A DNA stretch of 64,000 nt, from the NCBI GenBank assembly GCA_965368975.1, contig CBDUPA010000010.1, positions 128,001 through 192,000 on the forward strand. Reading direction: 5' to 3'. Positions 59,505 to 64,000 of the stretch are shown here, one piece after another. The notes beneath the pieces were generated by a model. It was not told the origin of the DNA. It ran no database searches and saw nothing but the letters and a program-made list of their open reading frames with translations. Every line of letters starts with the position of its first letter. Within the stretch, counting starts at the first letter, position 1. A program made the translations under genes and the position numbers. This DNA comes from an uncultured bacterium (GTDB taxonomy: Bacteria; Acidobacteriota; Thermoanaerobaculia; Multivoradales; JAHZIX01).

Positions 59505-61862
59505 ATGAGTATCGATCGACGTAGCTTCCTGAAAGTCTTGGGATCCGCCGTCCCGGTTGCCGCACTCTCGTGCCGCGACCAGGAAGAAGTCGAACGGCTG
59601 GCAGCGCAAGACGGCAGCGCGCAAATCTCCGGCGACGGCGTCACCTGGGGCAAGGCACCGTGCCGCTACTGCGGTACCGGCTGTGGTGTCGAAGTGGCGG
59701 TCAAGGACCAACGCGTAGTCGCCGTGCGCGGCGACGAGAAGAGCCCGGTCAACCGCGGCTTGCTGTGCGTCAAGGGCTATCACTTGCCAGGCTTCCTCTA
59801 CGGCGAAGACCGCTTGCTCTACCCCATGCGCCGTCTCCCAGGCGGCAAGACCGAGCGCTTGAGCTGGGAGCAGGCCCTGGACCTGATCGCCGACAAGTTC
59901 CAAGGCGCCCTCGACCAGCACGGTCCGGACTCCGTGGCGGTCTACGGCTCCGGCCAGTGGACGGTCTTCGACGGCTATGCCGCCCTCAAGTGGGTCAAGG
60001 GCGGCATGCGCAGCAACAATCTCGACCCCAATGCCCGCCTGTGTATGGCCAGCGCCGTCATGGGCTTCGTCACACAGTTCCAGAGCGACGAGCCAATGGG
60101 CTGCTACGACGATTTCGAGCATGGTGACGACTTCGTGCTCTGGGGCAACAACATGGCCGAGATGCACCCGGTCCTGTTCAGCCGCATCCTCGACACGCAG
60201 CGCAAGCGCCCGGGCGTGCGCATCATCGACATCGCGACGCGGCGCACACCGACCAGCCAGTACGCGGACCTCTACGTCGAATTCCGTCCCGGCACCGACC
60301 TGGCCCTGGCCAACGGCATCCTGCACTTGCTGATCGCCAATGGCAAAGTCGACCAGGCGTTCGTGCGTGAGAACCTGGTTTTCCGCCGGGGCATCGAGGA
60401 TCTCGACGAGATCGGGTACGGCTGCTACGGCGACAACGCCGATCGCTACACCTTCAAGGACCGTGCTGAGGAAGCCTCCTTCGACGAGTTGAAGGCCTTC
60501 CTGGACGACTACACCCCGGCACGCGTGGCCGAGATCAGCGGCGTTCCCGAGGCACAGATCCGTGCCCTGGCCGACCTGTACGGCGACCGCGGGCGCGGCA
60601 CCGTCAGCCTTTGGTGCATGGGAGTCAACCAGCACACCCGTGGCACCTGGATGAACAATCTGATCACCGACCTGCATCTGGTGACCGGCAAGATCAGCCG
60701 TCCGGGGAACAACCCCTTCAGCCTCACGGGTCAGCCCTCGGCCTGCGGCACGGTGCGCGAGGTCGGCACCCTGGCCAACCGCCTACCGGCCGACATGGTC
60801 GTCAACAAGCCCGAGCACCGTGCCGAAGTGGAGAAGGCCTGGGGCCTCGAACCCGGCAGCCTGAATCCGACTCCCGGCTACCACGCCGTCGACATGTTCC
60901 GGGCCCTCCAACGCGGCGACGTCAAAGCGATGTGGATCCAGACCACCAACCCCTGGGTCAGCCTGCCCAACCTGCACCGCTTCGACCGTCAGCCCGGCGA
61001 CGGTCGCTTCGTCGTCGTCAGCGACATCTACCCGACGCCCACCACCGCCGTCGCCGATCTGGTGCTGCCATCCGCCGCTTGGGTCGAGCGCGAAGGCGTC
61101 TTCGGCAACAGTGAGCGGCGCACACAGCAGTGGAACCAGCTGGTGCCGCCGCCGGGGGAAGCCACGGAAGACGCCTGGCAGATGATCGAGGTCGCCAAGC
61201 GCATGGGCATGGGGCACCTGTTCCCGTGGTCCGAAGACGAGTGGCACGAGAAGATGTGGGAAGAGTACCGGGGCTTCACCGTCAACAAGGGCAAGGATCT
61301 GGCCACCTACACGCAGCTGCGCGAATCGCGGGGGCTGCGCTGGCCGGTGGTCGATGGCCAGGAAACCCTCTACCGCTACGGTGCCGGCTACGACCCCTAT
61401 GTCGAAAAGGACGAGGGCGTGCACTTCTACAAAGCCAAAGGCTACGGCCAGCGCGCCGCCGTCTGGCTGCGCCCGTACCACCCACCAGCCGAAGTGCCCG
61501 ACGACGAGTACCCCTTCTGGCTGTGCACCGGCCGCATCCTCGAGCACTGGCACACGGGCTCGATGACTCGCCGCGTGCCGCAGTTGCATCGCGCCGCGCC
61601 GGAAGCCTACGCCGAACTCAACCGCGCCGACGCCATTGAGCTCGGCGTCCAGCACGGTGGTCGCATTCGCCTGGTCAGCCGCCGCGGCTCCATGGAGCTA
61701 CGCGCCCACATCGACCAGCGTGGCCAGCCCCCCCGTGGCAGCGTCTTCGTGCCGTTCTTCGACGAGAGTCTGAAGATCAACGAGCTGACCCTTGACGCCA
61801 TGGACAACATCAGCAAGGAGCCGGACTACAAGAAGTGCGCCGTCCGGGTAGAAAGAGCATGA
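59505..61862 (+). CDS. napA: Periplasmic nitrate reductase catalytic subunit
   Basis: Tat motif DRRSFLK; CRYCGTGC..C; GSGQWT; DPNARLCMASA; WGNNMAEMHP; SLTGQPSACGTVREVG; SKEPDYKKCAV. Confidence 0.92.
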   Translation: MSIDRRSFLKVLGSAVPVAALSCRDQEEVERLAAQDGSAQISGDGVTWGKAPCRYCGTGCGVEVAVKDQRVVAVRGDEKSPVNRGLLCVKGYHLPGFLYGEDRLLYPMRRLPGGKTERLSWEQALDLIADKFQGALDQHGPDSVAVYGSGQWTVFDGYAALKWVKGGMRSNNLDPNARLCMASAVMGFVTQFQSDEPMGCYDDFEHGDDFVLWGNNMAEMHPVLFSRILDTQRKRPGVRIIDIATRRTPTSQYADLYVEFRPGTDLALANGILHLLIANGKVDQAFVRENLVFRRGIEDLDEIGYGCYGDNADRYTFKDRAEEASFDELKAFLDDYTPARVAEISGVPEAQIRALADLYGDRGRGTVSLWCMGVNQHTRGTWMNNLITDLHLVTGKISRPGNNPFSLTGQPSACGTVREVGTLANRLPADMVVNKPEHRAEVEKAWGLEPGSLNPTPGYHAVDMFRALQRGDVKAMWIQTTNPWVSLPNLHRFDRQPGDGRFVVVSDIYPTPTTAVADLVLPSAAWVEREGVFGNSERRTQQWNQLVPPPGEATEDAWQMIEVAKRMGMGHLFPWSEDEWHEKMWEEYRGFTVNKGKDLATYTQLRESRGLRWPVVDGQETLYRYGAGYDPYVEKDEGVHFYKAKGYGQRAAVWLRPYHPPAEVPDDEYPFWLCTGRILEHWHTGSMTRRVPQLHRAAPEAYAELNRADAIELGVQHGGRIRLVSRRGSMELRAHIDQRGQPPRGSVFVPFFDESLKINELTLDAMDNISKEPDYKKCAVRVERA

Positions 61863-62473
61863 AGATCCAGCCGGCGCGTCGCGTCGTGCTCGTGGTCGCC
61901 CTGGCCGGCCTTTTCGGTTGCGACGCCGGCTCCGAATGGGTAGCGGTACCCGGCGGCGACGGAGTCGTCAAGTCGGCCAGCGACGTGCGCGACGCCCGTC
62001 GCGCCTATGACGGAGCACCACCGGTGATCCCGCACGAACCCCTCGGTGCTCCCTGCACCTCCTGCCACAACCAGGAAGGTCTGGCCGTCGTCGATCTCGG
62101 CTACGCCCCGCCGTCGCCCCACGGCCAGACCGCGGGCATGGGCGAGTTCGCGCGCTGCCAGCAATGCCACGTCTTCCAAGCCGAAGTCGGTCCGTGGCGC
62201 GGAAGTCGTTTCGCCAGTCTGCCGGTGCATACGACTCCGCGTGCCGGTACCCGAGCCTATGCCGGTGCCCCCCCCACCCTGCCACACCCGGCCTTCGGCC
62301 ACGAGAACTGCCTGGCCTGCCACAGTGGACCGGCGGCGCGGGAAGAGATCCGCACCACCCACCCGGAGCGTCGACGCTGCCAGCAGTGTCACGTCCCCCA
62401 GGCCTCGACGGCCACCGTCTCCATGACCCCCTTCACCACTGCCGCTGAACCTTCAGGAGCCTCCGCGCTATGA
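61859..62473 (+). CDS. napB: NapB-like cytochrome c with four CxxCH motifs (duplicated diheme unit), probable lipoprotein
   Basis: ATGA overlap with napA; GLFGC lipobox; two copies of RAYxGAPPxxPH..CxxCH..H..RCQQCHV. Confidence 0.8.
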   Translation: MKIQPARRVVLVVALAGLFGCDAGSEWVAVPGGDGVVKSASDVRDARRAYDGAPPVIPHEPLGAPCTSCHNQEGLAVVDLGYAPPSPHGQTAGMGEFARCQQCHVFQAEVGPWRGSRFASLPVHTTPRAGTRAYAGAPPTLPHPAFGHENCLACHSGPAAREEIRTTHPERRRCQQCHVPQASTATVSMTPFTTAAEPSGASAL

Positions 62474-63696
62474 GCCGCATCGCTTGCCTCTGCACCCTGC
62501 TCTCTGCTTCTCTGCTCCTCGCCCTCCTGCTCCACGCTCCGTCCGCGGCCGCCCAGGACGCTCCGCGCTTCTTCCAGGACGGCAAGGTCTCCCTCGACCT
62601 GCGCTACCGCGTCGAGTCGGTCGACGATGATCGCCAGGCCAAAGACGCCTTCGCCTCCACGTTGCGCACCGCTCTCGGTCTGCGCAGTGCCGAAGTGAAT
62701 GGCTTCAGCGTCTACCTGGAAGCCGAGAATGTCACGGCCCTAGGAAATGAAGACGGTTATCGCAATGCTGGTGCCGGCAGCCTGAACAATGGCGTCAGCG
62801 GCCGGCCCGTCGTGGCCGATCCGGAATTGACCGAGGTCAACCAAGCGTACGGCCGCTATCAACGCGAGGGCCTGCAACTGACTCTGGGCCGCCAGGAGAT
62901 CTTGCTCGGCGATCAACGCTATGTCGGCGCGGTCGGCTGGCGTCAGAACCACCAGAGCTTCGACGCTCTACGTCTCGAGTGGAAGGCCAGTGATCGGTTC
63001 CGTCTCGACTACAGCTTCGTCGACAACACCAATCGCATCTTCGGCGACAACAAGCAGATGGCCAGCCACCTGCTCTACCTTCCCGTGCAACTGACAGCTG
63101 ACGTTCAACTCACCGCCTATTCTTTTCTCCTCGACTACGATCGGCCCGCTGACGCGCACCTCTCCACGGCCACCTTCGGGGCCGAGTTGAGCGGCAAGCT
63201 GGCTGCTGGTCAGCTACGTTTCGAGGCCGAGTATGCCAGCCAGCAGGACCACGCCGACAACCCGAATCGCGTGCGGGCGGACTACCTGAAACTGAGCGCC
63301 GGCACATCGCTGGGCTCAGGAACTGGAGGAGTCAACCTCGACGTCGCCTACGAAGTCCTGGAGGGTAGCTTCGAAGACGGTCGTTTCCTGACACCCTTGG
63401 CGACCTTACACAAGTTCAACGGCTGGGCCGACCTCTTCCTGGTGACACCACCCCAGGGCCTGGAAGACCTCAGCATCAGTCTGGCCGGTAAGCAGGGACA
63501 AGTCGCCTGGAGACTCACCTGGCACGATTTCCAGGCCGAGAGCACCAGCATCGACTACGGCCAGGAAATCGACGTCCTGCTCACCTACAAAGCGCCATGG
63601 GGACAGACCTTCGGCGTCAAGGGAATGTTCTACGACGCCGACGATTTCGCGGCGGACATCGCGAAGGTAGCGGTGTGGTCAGGGTTCCGGTTCTGA
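62470..63696 (+). CDS. Outer-membrane beta-barrel, alginate-export family
   Basis: Signal peptide; LRYRVE; TEVNQAY; GRQEI..DQRYVGAVGWRQNHQSFDA; TPLATLHKFNGWAD; C-terminal Phe. Confidence 0.85.
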   Translation: MSRIACLCTLLSASLLLALLLHAPSAAAQDAPRFFQDGKVSLDLRYRVESVDDDRQAKDAFASTLRTALGLRSAEVNGFSVYLEAENVTALGNEDGYRNAGAGSLNNGVSGRPVVADPELTEVNQAYGRYQREGLQLTLGRQEILLGDQRYVGAVGWRQNHQSFDALRLEWKASDRFRLDYSFVDNTNRIFGDNKQMASHLLYLPVQLTADVQLTAYSFLLDYDRPADAHLSTATFGAELSGKLAAGQLRFEAEYASQQDHADNPNRVRADYLKLSAGTSLGSGTGGVNLDVAYEVLEGSFEDGRFLTPLATLHKFNGWADLFLVTPPQGLEDLSISLAGKQGQVAWRLTWHDFQAESTSIDYGQEIDVLLTYKAPWGQTFGVKGMFYDADDFAADIAKVAVWSGFRF

Positions 63697-63784
63697 GGCA
63701 GAGCGAGCTCTGACTGATTGGCCGTGCTTTCGTCGAGGTAGAACTTCGGCCTTCCAGCGGCGTACAGAAAGCAGATGACTTCGC

Positions 63785-63798
63785 CGTTGACGTCAACG
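63785..63798. promoter_or_regulatory. Perfect 14-bp palindrome, possible operator
   Basis: CGTTGACGTCAACG, 90 bp upstream of the small ORF at 63888. Confidence 0.3.
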
Positions 63799-63887
63799 AA
63801 GTACCGGTTGGACCGGGGCTTCGGCCAACGTTGACTACCCTGAGCCTACAAGCTCGACCTTCGACTCACTCTGCTCTGGAGACCACA

Positions 63888-64000
63888 ATGAAGAAATCCT
63901 ATCGACACACGCGCAAGAAGCTCAGCCTGCACCGGGAAACGCTGCACGAGCTGGCTTTGATCGAGGTGGAGGGTGGCACCGGCACGACCACAACCACCCT
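63888..64000 (+). CDS. Putative RiPP (class I lanthipeptide-like) precursor, 3'-truncated
   Basis: GGAG RBS; translates as MKKSYRHTRKKLSLHRETLHELALIEVEGG-TGTTTTT..; KKLxLxxETL leader, GG cleavage motif and Thr-rich core. Confidence 0.65.
   Translation, partial: MKKSYRHTRKKLSLHRETLHELALIEVEGGTGTTTTT

Noticed and set aside
62470-63696. Alginate secretion
   Set aside because: No alg biosynthesis genes are present. This porin family is often found with nitrate/nitrite respiration genes, and here it is coupled to napB.
63697-63830. Short minus-strand reading frame (NRYFVDVNGEVICFLY..) as a gene remnant
   Set aside because: No clear start, RBS or recognisable motif, and it runs into the porin gene on the opposite strand.

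Overview
GC-rich bacterial chromosomal window, about 65% GC by eye. The gene style suggests Acidobacteriota/Thermoanaerobaculia, which is an inference. The most striking content is eight paralogous beta-rich fibre proteins in two tandem arrays (five at 1-9174, three at 42289-47907). Each ends in an S74-type intramolecular-chaperone/autocleavage domain, the seven complete copies carry Sec signal peptides, and no phage genes are nearby. Between the arrays is a ~22 kb Wzx/Wzy glycan locus with its own PAPS synthase, two sulfotransferases (one fused to the flippase) and an amidotransferase. Also between them are an AhpD-like gene, comM, a Y1/RAYT-type transposase, a penicillin-acylase-family hydrolase and a second WaaL/O-OTase-like gene abutting array 2. 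Downstream are glgC-glk-pgl, an ABC-ATPase + DUF4276/TOPRIM defence-like pair, DoxX and a multidomain Ser/Thr kinase. These are followed by an unusual respiratory operon: Rieske, cytochrome b, octaheme HAO-family cytochrome, NapA, tetraheme NapB-like protein and a porin. At the right edge is an unannotated lanthipeptide-like precursor. No rRNA, tRNA or CRISPR array was seen. All family assignments come from motif recognition by eye; no database search was run.
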